64,000 bases of DNA from an uncultured delta proteobacterium (GTDB taxonomy: Bacteria; Myxococcota_A; Polyangia; Polyangiales; B10-G4): the NCBI GenBank assembly GCA_963727445.1, contig CAVSGI010000014.1, positions 288,001 to 352,000 on the forward strand. Direction: 5' to 3'. Positions 1 through 10,800 of the stretch are shown here, piece after piece; the first letter of the stretch is position 1, and each line of letters begins with the position of its first letter. The notes below the pieces were generated by a model. The model made no database searches and was not told the DNA's origin. It saw only the letters and a list, made by a program, of their open reading frames with translations. Made by a program: the position numbers and the translations under genes.

Positions 1-1088
1 CCCAGCTCGGGAACCAGCGCCCCACCCTCGATGGCATGCGCCACGAGGAAGGGCTCGCGCGAGACACGCAGATGCACCGGCGCTTCCATCGTGCCGATGG
101 CGGGATGGACGACGACGACGTTGCGGGTGATCTCCGCCACGGATCCCGCCTCCGAGACGACGTCCGCATGGGTCACCGGCCACGCGATACGGGCGCGCCC
201 GCTGGCGTCGGTACGCGGCAGCGTTTCGTCCTCGTCGTGATGGGCGCCCGCGAGCGAGACCTGCGCACCTCGGACCGGCCGCCCGTCGGCGCGGCGCACT
301 CGGACGGACACCTGCGCGATGTCGCCGGCAGACGCGACCTCCGGCGTGACGTGCGTCACCACCCACATCAGCGGTGGCTCCACCTCGGTCACCGCCACGC
401 TCTTCGCCGCGGACCCGCTCTCGGTGGTCGCCTCGATCTGCACCGCGTGCCCCGCTTCACCGACCGAGATGTGCGACGAAAAGACACCCGCCTCGTCGGT
501 GCTCAGGGTGATCGGTGCCTGGCGGGCTCCCTCAGCGGTCGCGGTGAGCGTGACCTCCACGCCCGTCGCCGGGCGCCCCTGGGTCCGGTCCACCACGCGC
601 CCAAAGACCGCCAGCGTGCTGTCGGGCGCGGGGTCGTCGCGGTCGGTGAACAACGCGACGCGATAGCGCGGCTGCACCTCGAGGCTCACGCTGAACACGC
701 GCCGGACCCGCCCGGTCGCAGCGGCGACGCGGATCTCGGCTGCGCCTTCTACCTCGTCCGGAATCGGGATCGCGATCGCGGCCCGGCCGCGCGCGTCCGT
801 CTGCGCGTTCGCGATCGGCGCGTCGGGCGCGAAAGAGGCCGTGACCTCGATCGCCGCGTCGCGCGCGGGGCGAAGGTCCCGCCGGCGCACGACCTCGTAC
901 AGGGTGACGAACCACTGCACCTCACCGCCGCGGACCGCGCTGAGCGAGCCCTCGATGCCCATCTCGAGACCGGTGACCTCGCCCCGTGGCACCTGCCTTC
1001 GCGCGAAGGTCTGCGCCCGCGCGGCCGAGGCGCACAGAACGAGACCACACGAGAGCAGACCGAAGGCGACGCGAGAGACGGCGCTCAT
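1..1088 (-). CDS. Alpha-2-macroglobulin-like (MG-domain) exported protein, paralog 2; 5' part only, runs off the window
   Basis: Absent from the ORF track. Manual translation from ATG 1088: MSAVSRVAFGLLSCGLVLCASAARAQ...RYRVALFTDRDDPAPDSTLAVFGRVVDRTQGRPATGVEV...HPAIG...EGGALVPEL, open to the window edge. Has a signal peptide, a GGAGG RBS and an ATGA overlap with the upstream stop. Colinear with the N-terminus of the upstream gene (LRSDRRLYEPGE...DDATGRPVVG...HPAHG...NGGLIPEI). Confidence 0.75.
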   Translation of the reverse strand, partial: MSAVSRVAFGLLSCGLVLCASAARAQTFARRQVPRGEVTGLEMGIEGSLSAVRGGEVQWFVTLYEVVRRRDLRPARDAAIEVTASFAPDAPIANAQTDARGRAAIAIPIPDEVEGAAEIRVAAATGRVRRVFSVSLEVQPRYRVALFTDRDDPAPDSTLAVFGRVVDRTQGRPATGVEVTLTATAEGARQAPITLSTDEAGVFSSHISVGEAGHAVQIEATTESGSAAKSVAVTEVEPPLMWVVTHVTPEVASAGDIAQVSVRVRRADGRPVRGAQVSLAGAHHDEDETLPRTDASGRARIAWPVTHADVVSEAGSVAEITRNVVVVHPAIGTMEAPVHLRVSREPFLVAHAIEGGALVPEL

Positions 1089-4000
1089 CGCTCACCTCCG
1101 AGTCCCAGGGTTCGCGGCGCGAGGATGCTCACCCCGGCCGGCCGATCCTCGACCCAGCCGGCGACCCCGAGGCCGCGCAGCTGGCCTTCGACGCTCCAGC
1201 GGACGGGCAGTGGGATCCGAAGCTCTCGACCCGGCGGCATCGGAGCGAGGCGCAGGGTGAGCACCCCTTCGGAGACCTCGGTGCGTCGCACGCCCGCGCG
1301 CATTCGCTGGCGCGCCTGGGCGGTGAGCTCGGCGCCGGTGGGCAGCTCGAGCTCCACCACCGGACGCGGCAGGGTGCGCGGTGAGCGGTTGCGGATCACG
1401 AGCTCGAGCTCGGCGACCTGGTCGACTGCGCCCGCCTCTCCTTCGATCGCGAGAGAAAAGGGACCGCGCTCGCTCGGCGCGCGACGCCATCCGATCCCGT
1501 AGCGCGCCGAGGTCGAGACCTGGACCAGCGCGCCCGGCACGGTGCGCGCGACCACGTGATGAGCGCCGGGCCGCGCGAGCTCCGGCGCGTCGACCGTCGC
1601 CGACCCCGCTGCGAGGTCCACCACCTGCCGCGCGCCGTCGATGGTCACCTCCACCGTGGCCGGCGTCTCCCCGTCGAGGAGGCGGGACATCACGACCGCG
1701 GCAATCCCTCGCTCGTCTGCGGCGAGCGTGTTGCCGAGCGTGACCCAGCGACCGACCGTCGACAAGAGCGAGAGCGCCGTCTCTCGGCGACCGAGGGAGA
1801 GCTCCGCGAGGGCCCACAGCAGCGTGCTCCGCACCGACCGTCGATCGGTGGCGAGCCAGCGATCCTCGCCGACCAACACCGCGTGCCGGCGCGCGCGGCG
1901 CAGGAGCTCGGCGACGGAGGTGCGCCCACCTTCGCTCGCGCCGAAGCCGAGGGCGGCCGCGGCGAGCACCCACCCCTCGGGGTCGTCCGCTGCGCCCATC
2001 GCCTGCGCGGCGACCTCGGTTCGGAGCCGCTCGACGAGCTCGACCGGATCGGCGACGCCCCGCGCGTCCGGGCGGTCGGCGATGGGGGCGAGGCCCAGGA
2101 GCGTCCACGCGAGGGCGTGAAGGCGACGCCGCTGCCCGTCTTCCATGTCCGAAAGACGCGAGTCGACACGATCGATCTGTTCGCTGAGCTCGAGCGTCAC
2201 CTCGCTGATCTCCCCGTCACCGCTGGCGCCGTCCGCCCACAGGCTGCCCAGGGAAAACGCGCGATGCACAGGCGCGTAGCCGGTGTGGAGCTCGCGCAGC
2301 GAGGCTTCCGGCCCGGCGACGGGCGGCGACCACTGCGCAAAGGGCGCGTCGGGATCCGAGACGCCGAAGACCGTGGGGCCGGCGGCGACGAAGAGGCTCG
2401 CGCCACGCGCGTCGGCGCCCGCCGGGACGTCGAAAGACACGCTCGCCTCGGTGTCCCCCACCGCCTCCTCGGCGACGGTCACCCGCCGGGAAAGCGCGAT
2501 CACCTCGATGGGCCGGCGCACCGCGTCCACCGCCTCGCCATCGGGGGTGGTGGCGACCACCGTCAGGTGCCCCTCACCGACCCGTTCGAGCGTCACGTCC
2601 ACCGGCACCACCTGGGCATCGCCCGGAGCGAGGGTGAGACGATGCGGTGCGGAGTCGGGCACGCCGAGCCCTTCGTCCCCCAGCAGACGAAGGACGAGCT
2701 CGCGCGACTCCTCGCCGCGATTCGAGATGCGGAGCGGAAGGCGCACCACGTCACCGCGGTGGGCCGTGGTGGGAATCGGTGCGTCGACGACGATGTCGCG
2801 GTCGACCTCGATGCGCGTGTCGGCGGACCAGATCCAACCGTCGTCCCGCCACACGATCGCCTCGACGATGTAGGTGGTGACGGTGTCCGCGAGGGGAATC
2901 GAGATCTCGGTCGTCCCCGAGTCGTCGAGGGCGAGGTCCGGCACGAAGAGCAGGGTCGGCGGGAAGCGCTCGCGCACGATCCCCGCGAGGTTGGACACAC
3001 GCGCCTCGCCCATGCGCAGCCGGGGGACTCGGGTGTTGCGACCGCCCATGCGACCGGAACCACTTCCATAGCCCGAGCCCCCGCCACCCCCACCGGTGCC
3101 GATCATGCCGAGACCACCGAGGCCGTAGTTGTCCTCGCTCACCTCCGCACTCACCGCGTCGCCAATCTCCTCTTCGCGCGCCTCCGCGTTCACGCGCCGG
3201 TACGCCTCGCGGATGAGCGCGAGGGTGGCGCTCAGCGGCGAGATCACCGCGAGTGCGCGCATGAGCGTGTCCTCGCCGCACGCGAGGGCGTAGGGCGTCG
3301 CCGCCGGGACCGCCCGTGCGAAGGGATCGCGGACGTCATCGCGCGTGCCCGGTCGCCCGTCGGGCCCGGGCGAGACCAGCTCGAGATGGGTCGCGCGCGC
3401 GGAGAGCACGACGGTCGGCGCGTTGGTACGGCGGAGCTGATAGTGCCCTCCCCACGGATCGTCCAGCTCCTCGGCCGAGAGAAGCCCGCGCTCCACCATG
3501 CGCGGGAGCCAGCGCTCCGGCGGCTCTCGCGACGCCATCTGTGCCGCGGGCGACGCCTCGTCTCCAGGATCGAGGTACGCGGCGAGGGCGACCATGATGC
3601 GAACCAGGCGGGCGCGCGCGACGCGCCGCGCGATGTTGTCGTAGGTGAAGGCGGGGTCGGCGGCGCTCAGGATGGCGGGGGTGATCTCGGCTCCCCGAGG
3701 GTCTCGTAGCCCTGGCCGGCAATCAGGTCGTCCTCGAAACGGCGGCGTCCGCCGCTCAGCTGCGTCACGTCGTCGAGAGCGCCCGACGCGAGGGCCTCGG
3801 TGAGGCGCGCCTCAATCTGCCGCATCGCCTCGCCGACGCCCCGCCGCGCGAGCTCACGCGAGAGCGGGAAGGGATCGCGGAGGGGACCGGTGGCGTTGGT
3901 GTGCTCGGGTTGGGCGGCGAGGCCGAGGGCGTCGGTGAGCGGCGCGGCGCGGGGCGGCTCCGGGTCGGCGCCGCTGTGCGCGGCGAGCGCGCTCCTGAGG

Positions 4001-5859
4001 AGCCGGTCGGCGGCGGGCGTCGAGGGATCGAGGATGGCCCGAATCGAACTGACCCTCGAGATAGGAGCGGCGAAACGGCTCCTCGCCGCCATGAGCGCTC
4101 AGGTCGCGCACCAGCACCGCGCCATAGCTCTGGCCGCTCCCCGGCGCCGTGTCGAGTCGGACCCGCGCGGTCTCGCCCACGACCCAGCGCTGCCGTTCGG
4201 GCGTCAGCGACACGAAGTCCGGATTGGCGGGTCGTACAATCAACCCCGCGTGGCTCTCCGGGCCTTCGAAGCTCTCGTCCTCGCGCAGGGTGCGCGCGAC
4301 CACCGAGAAGAGGCCGAGCCGATCGGGCGGCAGATCGATGCGCACGCTGTCGCGGCCAGGAGCGAGGCGCGTCACGAAGAGGGGCTGGCCAATCGGATGC
4401 GATCAGCTCCACGGTCACCTGTGCGCCGGGCAGCCCGCGGGCGGCGAAGAACGCGCACCGTCACCGGCGAGCCGGGCTCGGCGACGACTCGGTCGAGCAC
4501 CAGGCCGAGCTCCGCGTCTCGGAACACGGGGAGCGTCACCGGCGCGACTCGCTCGTGCGGGCCGAGGATGCGCACCAGGATCGGCGTCTCTGGCGTCCCC
4601 GACGCGGCGGACGCTGCACCGAGGGGAACGCGCAGGGGGATCTCGGCGAAGCCGTGCGCGTCGGTGGTGAAGGTGCGCGAGCCCACACGCACCGCCGGGC
4701 CCTCGATGGTCAGCTCGGTTCCTGCGGCGGGAGGCTCGCCCGCGCCGTCCTTCAGCCGAACGTAGAGGACGTCGTCGATTTCCGGGATGAGCCCGCCGTT
4801 GCGTGCATAGGCCTCGATTGACAGGGTCCGGGGGACCGCGAGGGTCATGGTGTCCGAGATGACGATCGAGCCGTGGGCCGGATGCGTCACGTCGGCGCTC
4901 AGGGAGACCACTGCGCTGTCGGCCGTGTAGTAAGCGGGCGCCACCACTTGCACCCGCGCGTTCCCCTCCGCGTCCGACTCCCCCGCGAACTCCGCCTCGC
5001 CGATGTGCACCGTCACCTGGGCGCCCGATACCGGGGAGCCGCTCGGCGTGGTCACGTGAACCACCGCGGTGGTCGTGGCCCCCGGGGCCACCTGATTGTC
5101 GGTGACCTCGAGGGTCGCCAGCAGCCGCTCCCAGGTGCGCGTACCCACCTCGAAAGAGACCTGCTGCGAGAGCTGACCTTCGATCTCGGCGATGACGGTC
5201 GCGTAGCCATGAGGTGCGCTCTCGTCGATGGCCATCTCGAGGTGCACGACGCCGCTCGCTGCCGTCGCTAGCCTTTGCACACTCCGCGGCAGGGGCCCGC
5301 CTTCGACGGTGAGCTTCACGTTCTGCCCCACGACCGGCCGTCCCGTGGCGTCATCGGTCAGGAGCAGCCAGACGTGGGCGGGCTCACCCGGCTCGTAGAG
5401 GCGCCGGTCACTGCGCAGCATCATCGAGAGCGCCGGGACGGGGTTCACCGGGATCTCGAAGGTGCGCGCGTCGTCGTCGGGACCGATGCGCACCTCTATG
5501 TGCGGGGGCCCGAGCCCCGGCGTGTGGTCGATGGGTGGGATTGGCACCTGGACCTCGAAGCGCCCATCGGCGGCCGAGGCCGTCGCCACCCACGGCGTCC
5601 GAACGTCGCCCTCCCCCCGCGTGAAGCGCGCGCGCACCTGCCCTTCGAACGGGACGAGCTCGGCCAGGCCACGCACCCGATAGGCCACCCCGAAGAAGCG
5701 GGCAGGCCGCTCGGCACGCACCGAGGTCCCGCCGCTGAAGGCCATCTCGTAGCCGGTGAAGGGCACCCGCTCCTGCGCAGCGGCAGCACTGACGAGCGAC
5801 GACAGCCAGAGCGCCGAAGAAAGAGCGAGCAGCCAACGCCGCAAAGAGCCTCCCAACAT
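1085..5859 (-). CDS. Alpha-2-macroglobulin family protein, paralog 1 (frameshifted across ORFs 4372-6051, 3854-4375, 3667-4092, 1085-3595)
   Basis: Signal peptide MLGGSLRRWLLALSS...AAAQ; MG2 motif SDRRLYEPGE; A2M motif VRERFPPTLLF...DDSGTTEISIPLADTVTTY...GDVVRLPLRISN; C-terminal VVELELPTG. No CxEQ thioester motif is visible. Confidence 0.8.
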
Positions 5860-5898
5860 CACCGAACCCTCGACACCGGCGGAGGCTACAGGTTCCCC

Positions 5899-5988
5899 CG
5901 CCACCACGGGACTCGTGGATTTTCGGCGGCGGCTCTGGCCCCCTTTGGGTTGGGGGGCCAGAGGGTGGCTGGACGTACTCGCCGCGTG
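5899..5988 (-). repeat. ~90-nt palindromic element, intergenic copy upstream of the A2M gene
   Basis: The reverse complement CACGCGGCGAGTACGTCCAGCCACCCTCTGGCCCCCCAACCCAAAGGGGGCCAGAGCCG...GTGGCG aligns with the pfa linker copies. Perfect 11-bp stem at 5933-5943/5953-5963. Confidence 0.8.
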
Positions 5989-6193
5989 AAATGGCGTGAG
6001 GGGGCTCTCGTGTACGAAGGGTGCACAAAAGCGCCGAATCTGCGCCCTCACCCGTGGATTTTCGAGGTCTCGGGAGCGCTCCGACGCAGGGCGTCAAAGC
6101 GGCGCGATTCCGGGGGCTTGCCACCGTGGTGAAACGATGACAGGGGGAGGCCCCGTCACCCGCTAAGAAGGGTGATTCACGCGAGCAAGGGGA

Positions 6194-7810
6194 ATGCTTC
6201 CGAGCGTCGGCATGTGGACAGCGGGCGAGACGCCGCCCGCATTCGAGCAACGCGCCTTGTTGTCGGCGATCGCCGACTTCCGGGCGCCGCTGCACGTCCT
6301 ACGTGAGTCCGCCGAAGGGCGCGTCGGCGTGGGACGCGAAGGCGACGTGATCCCGAAGCGTTATCTGAACGGTCACGCCGCTTATCCGCTCCTCGCGACG
6401 CTCCCCGCGCTGTATCCGGAGTGGCTCGGCGATCGGAGCTTCCTCGAGACCCACGGCGTGCGTTTCCCTTACGTGACCGGCGCCATGGCCAACGGCATCG
6501 CGACCACCGACCTGGTGATCGCGATGGCGCGGGCGCAGATGCTCGGCTTCTTCGGTGCCGCCGGCCTCGCCTATCCCCTGGTCGAAGCAGCGGTGGGCCG
6601 CCTCGAAGCGGCCCTCGGCGGAACCGAGCTCGCCTGGGGGATGAACCTGATCCATTCGCCGAACGAGCCCGCCCTCGAAGACGCGGTGGCGGACCTCTAC
6701 ATCCGCCGCGGCGTGCGGCGCGTGTCGGCCGCCGCCTTCCTCGCCCTCACGCCGGCCATCGTCCGCTACGCCTGCGCCGGGCTGTCGCGCGCGCCCTCCG
6801 GCGAGATCCTCCGGCGCAACCACGTCTTCGCGAAGATCTCCCGCCCCGAGACCGCGCGCCACTTCATGAGCCCGGCGCCTCAGCCTATCCTCGACGCGCT
6901 GGTCGCTGCCGGAAAGCTCACCGCGGACGAAGCCGCGCTCGCCCGCCACGTGCCGCTCGCCGAAGACATCACTGTCGAGGCCGACTCCGGCGGTCACACC
7001 GACAATCAGGCCCTCACCGCCATCTTCCCGGTCATCGCCGAGCTTCGCGACACTCTCGCGGCCGAGCACGGCTTCACGCGGCCGATCCGCGTGGGCGCCG
7101 CCGGCGGCCTCGGCACCCCCCGCTCCGTCGCCGCCGCTTTCGCCCTCGGCGCGAGCTACGTCCTGACCGGCTCGGTCAACCAGAGCAGCCTCGAGTCCGG
7201 CCTCTCGGTCGAAGGCAAGCGCATGCTCGCCCAGGCGAGCACCGGCGACGTGGTGATGGCGCCCGCCGCCGACATGTTCGAGCAGGGCGTCCTGGTGCAG
7301 GTGCTCAAGCGCGGGACGATGTTCGGCGCGCGCGCCCACAAGCTCTTCGTCGCCTACGAGAGCTACCCGAGCCTCGACGCCATCCCCGCGGCGGAGCGGG
7401 CGCGCCTCGAGAAGCAGGCCCTCGGCGCCACCTTCGACGAGGTCCGCGCCGCGACCCGCGCCTTCTGGGCCGACCGCGACCCCTCGGAGAACGACAAGTC
7501 GGCGCGCGATCCCAAGCACGAGATGGCGCTCTGCTTCCGCTGGTACCTGGGGCTGTCGAGCCGCTGGGCCATCACCGGCGAGGCCAGCCGCAAGCTCGAC
7601 TATCAAATCTGGTGCGGTCCCGCGATGGGCGCGTTCAACGAGTGGGTGAAGGGTTCGTTCCTGGCGCCCCCGGACAACCGCTCCGTCGTACAGATCGCGC
7701 TCAACCTGCTCGAGGGGGCCGCGACGGTCACCCGAGCCCATCAGCTTCGCAGTTACGGCGCGCCGATCCCGGCCGCCGCTTATCGGTATGAGCCCCGTTT
7801 GCTCGCGTAG
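6194..7810 (+). CDS. pfaD: PUFA synthase enoyl reductase (PfaD family; myxobacterial Pfa1)
   Basis: GAMANGI, FFGAAGL, NLIHSP, EADSGGHTDN, VGAAGGLGTP, MAPAADMFEQG and DYQIWCGPAMGAFN are PfaD/FabK-like motifs. Confidence 0.95.
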   Translation: MLPSVGMWTAGETPPAFEQRALLSAIADFRAPLHVLRESAEGRVGVGREGDVIPKRYLNGHAAYPLLATLPALYPEWLGDRSFLETHGVRFPYVTGAMANGIATTDLVIAMARAQMLGFFGAAGLAYPLVEAAVGRLEAALGGTELAWGMNLIHSPNEPALEDAVADLYIRRGVRRVSAAAFLALTPAIVRYACAGLSRAPSGEILRRNHVFAKISRPETARHFMSPAPQPILDALVAAGKLTADEAALARHVPLAEDITVEADSGGHTDNQALTAIFPVIAELRDTLAAEHGFTRPIRVGAAGGLGTPRSVAAAFALGASYVLTGSVNQSSLESGLSVEGKRMLAQASTGDVVMAPAADMFEQGVLVQVLKRGTMFGARAHKLFVAYESYPSLDAIPAAERARLEKQALGATFDEVRAATRAFWADRDPSENDKSARDPKHEMALCFRWYLGLSSRWAITGEASRKLDYQIWCGPAMGAFNEWVKGSFLAPPDNRSVVQIALNLLEGAATVTRAHQLRSYGAPIPAAAYRYEPRLLA

Positions 7811-7816
7811 GACGTC

Positions 7817-10800
7817 ATGAACGAGAGCCAAAAGAAAATCGCGGTCGTAGGTGTCAGCACTCTCTTCCCCGGCTCGGTCGATTCGACCGGCTTCTGGAAG
7901 GACATCCTGTCGGGAACCGACCTCATCACCGACGTGCCTCCCTCGCACTGGTTGATCGAGGACTACTATGATCCCGACCCCTCCGCGCCCGACAAGACCT
8001 ACGCCAAGCGCGGCGCGTTCGTCCCGAAGGTCGACTTCGATCCGATGGCCTGGGGCGTGCCGCCTTCCACCATCCCCGCCACCGACACCTGCCAGCTGCT
8101 GTCGCTGATCGTGGCGCAGCGCGTCCTCGAGGACGCGGCGCGGGGCCAGTTCGACTACGCCGACCGCGACCGCATGAGCGTGATCCTCGGCGTGACCAGC
8201 GCCCAGGAGCTCCTCGGCGCGATGGTGAGCCGCCTTCAGCGCCCGGTGTGGACCAAGGCGCTGCGCGAGATGGGCCTTCCCGAGAGCGAGGTATCCGAGG
8301 CCTGCGAGCGCATCGAAGCGCACTACACGCCCTGGCAGGAGGCGACCTTCCCGGGCGTCCTCGGCAACGTGGTCGCGGGGCGCATCGCCAACCGCCTGAA
8401 CCTCGGCGGCACCAACTGCGTCACCGACGCGGCCTGCGCCAGCACCTTCAGCGCGCTGTCGATGGCGGTGAACGAGCTCGAGGTCGGTCAGTCCGACGTC
8501 GTGATCTGCGGCGGCGCGGACACGATGAACGACATCTTCATGTACCTCTGCTTCAGCAAGACGCCGGCGCTGAGCAAGTCGGGCGACTGCCGCCCCTTCA
8601 GCGACCAGGCCGACGGCACGATGCTGGGCGAGGGCTTCGGCATGGTGGCGCTCAAGCGTCTCGAGCAGGCCGAGGCGGACGGCGACCGCATCTACGCCGT
8701 GATCCGTGGCGTCGGCTCGAGCAGCGACGGGCGCGGCACCGAGCGTCTACGCGCCCGTTCCGAGCGGCCAGGCGAAGGCGATCCGCCGCGCCTACGACAA
8801 GGCCGGCTACGGGCCGGAGACGGTCGAGCTGATCGAGGCGCACGGCACCGGCACCATCGCGGGCGACGCGGCGGAGTTCGAGGGGCTGCGCCAGGTCTTC
8901 GACGAGTCGGGTCGTGCGGACCGGCAGTGGTGCGCCCTCGGCTCGGTGAAGTCGCAGATCGGCCACACCAAGGCCGCAGCGGGCGCCGCCGGGCTGGTGA
9001 AGGGCGTCTTCGCGCTCCATCACAGGCGTGCTTCCGCCGACGATCAAGGTGGACGCGCCGAACCCGAAGCTCTCGCTAGCGGAGAGCCCCTTCTACCTGA
9101 ACACGCGGGCGCGCCCATGGATCCGCGACGACGCGCATCCGCGCCGCGCGAGCGTCAGCTCCTTCGGCTTCGGCGGCTCGAACTTCCACATCGCCCTCGA
9201 GGAGTATGCAGGGCGACTCGCACGCCTATCTTCGGCGCGCGACCGAGAGCGAGCTCTTCGTGGTGACGGGCGACACGCCCGAAGCCGTCGCGAAGCGAAG
9301 CGCGCGAGCTGAGCGCCGCGCTCGGCGCCTCGGACGATGCCCTCGGGCTCTTCCGCTACCTCGCGCGCGCCACGCAGGAGGCGTACGACGCGGGACAGCC
9401 GTGCCGCCTCGCGGTGGTGGCGACCGACGCCGTGGACCTCGCCGCCAAGCTCGACAAGGCCGCCGTGATGGCGGCGAAGGGCGACGAGCTTCGCGACACC
9501 GAACGGCATCGTCTTCGGTCGCGGCGCGGCCGAGGGCGACGTCGCCTTCGTCTTCCCGGGCCAGGGCAGCCAGTACATCGACATGGGCGCGGTCGGTCGC
9601 CATGACCTTCCCCGAGGCGCGCGCGCCCTGGGATCGGGCGGCGAGCTCCGAGACGTTCGACGAGCCCCTGCACGACGTGGTCTTCCCGCGGCCGGTCTTC
9701 GACGACGAGGTCCGCGCCGCGCAGGAGAAGAAGCTCACGGCGACCGAGTGGGCCCAGCCCGCGATCGGCGTGACGAGCCTGTCGCACCTGGCGCTCCTCG
9801 ATCGTCTGGGCCTGTCGCCAAAGGCCGTGACCGGTCACAGCTTCGGCGAGGTGATCGCCCTTCACGCCGCCGGGCGTGCTGAGCTTCGAAGACGCGATCC
9901 GCATCGCGCGCCGTCGCGGTGAGCTGATGGCAGAAGCCGCGAAGACGCCCGGCGCCATGACCGCGGTTTCGGCGTCGGCCGACGTCCTCCGCGAAAAGCT
10001 CGCGGGATGGGACACCGACGTGGTCATCGCCAACGAGAACAGCCCGCAGCAGACGGTGCTCAGCGGCCCGACGGCCTCCATCGACGCCATCGAAGCAAAG
10101 CTGAAGGCGGACAAGCTGCGCTTCCGCCGCCTGCCGGTGGCGACCGCCTTCCACTCGAAGGTCGTCAGTGACTCCACCGTCCCCTTCGCCGAGCACCTGT
10201 CGAAGGTCGAGATGAACGCGCCGCGCCTGCCGGTCTACGGCAACACCGAGGCGGCGCCCTACCCCGCCGACGCCGACGCGGCGCGCCGTCTCCTCGCGAA
10301 CCAGCTCGCCGCCCCGGTGCGCTTCGCGCCTTCGATCGAAGCCATGTACGAGGCGGGTGCGCGCACCTTCATCGAGGTCGGCCCGGGCTCGGTCCTCACC
10401 GGCCTCGTCGGCCGCATCCTCGACGGCCGCCCCCATCGCGCCATCGCCCTCGACAAGAAGGGCAAGGACGGCGTCACCAGCCTGAACAACGCCCTCGCCC
10501 AGATGGTCGCGACCGGCCTCCCCCTGAACCTCGCCGCCCTCTGGGAGCGCTTCGAGCCCGTCGAGGATCCGCGCACCGCCAAGAAGCCGAAGCTCACCAT
10601 CTCCATCGGCGGCGCCAACTACGGCAAGCCCTACCCGCCCGAAGAGGGCGCGAGCGCGCTTCCCAAGCCCAACCCCGAACGACCGAAGCAGGCAGCGATC
10701 GTCATGACGAAGCCAGACACCCCGACGACTCCCGCAGCACGCAGTGAGTACGTTCAGCCGCCCTCCGTCCCCCAGAGGCCGATGGGGCCTGAGCCGCAAC

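Noticed and set aside
3270..3282. CGED in the A2M as a thioester motif
   Set aside because: It is not CxEQ and lies upstream of the bait region, not in the TED position.
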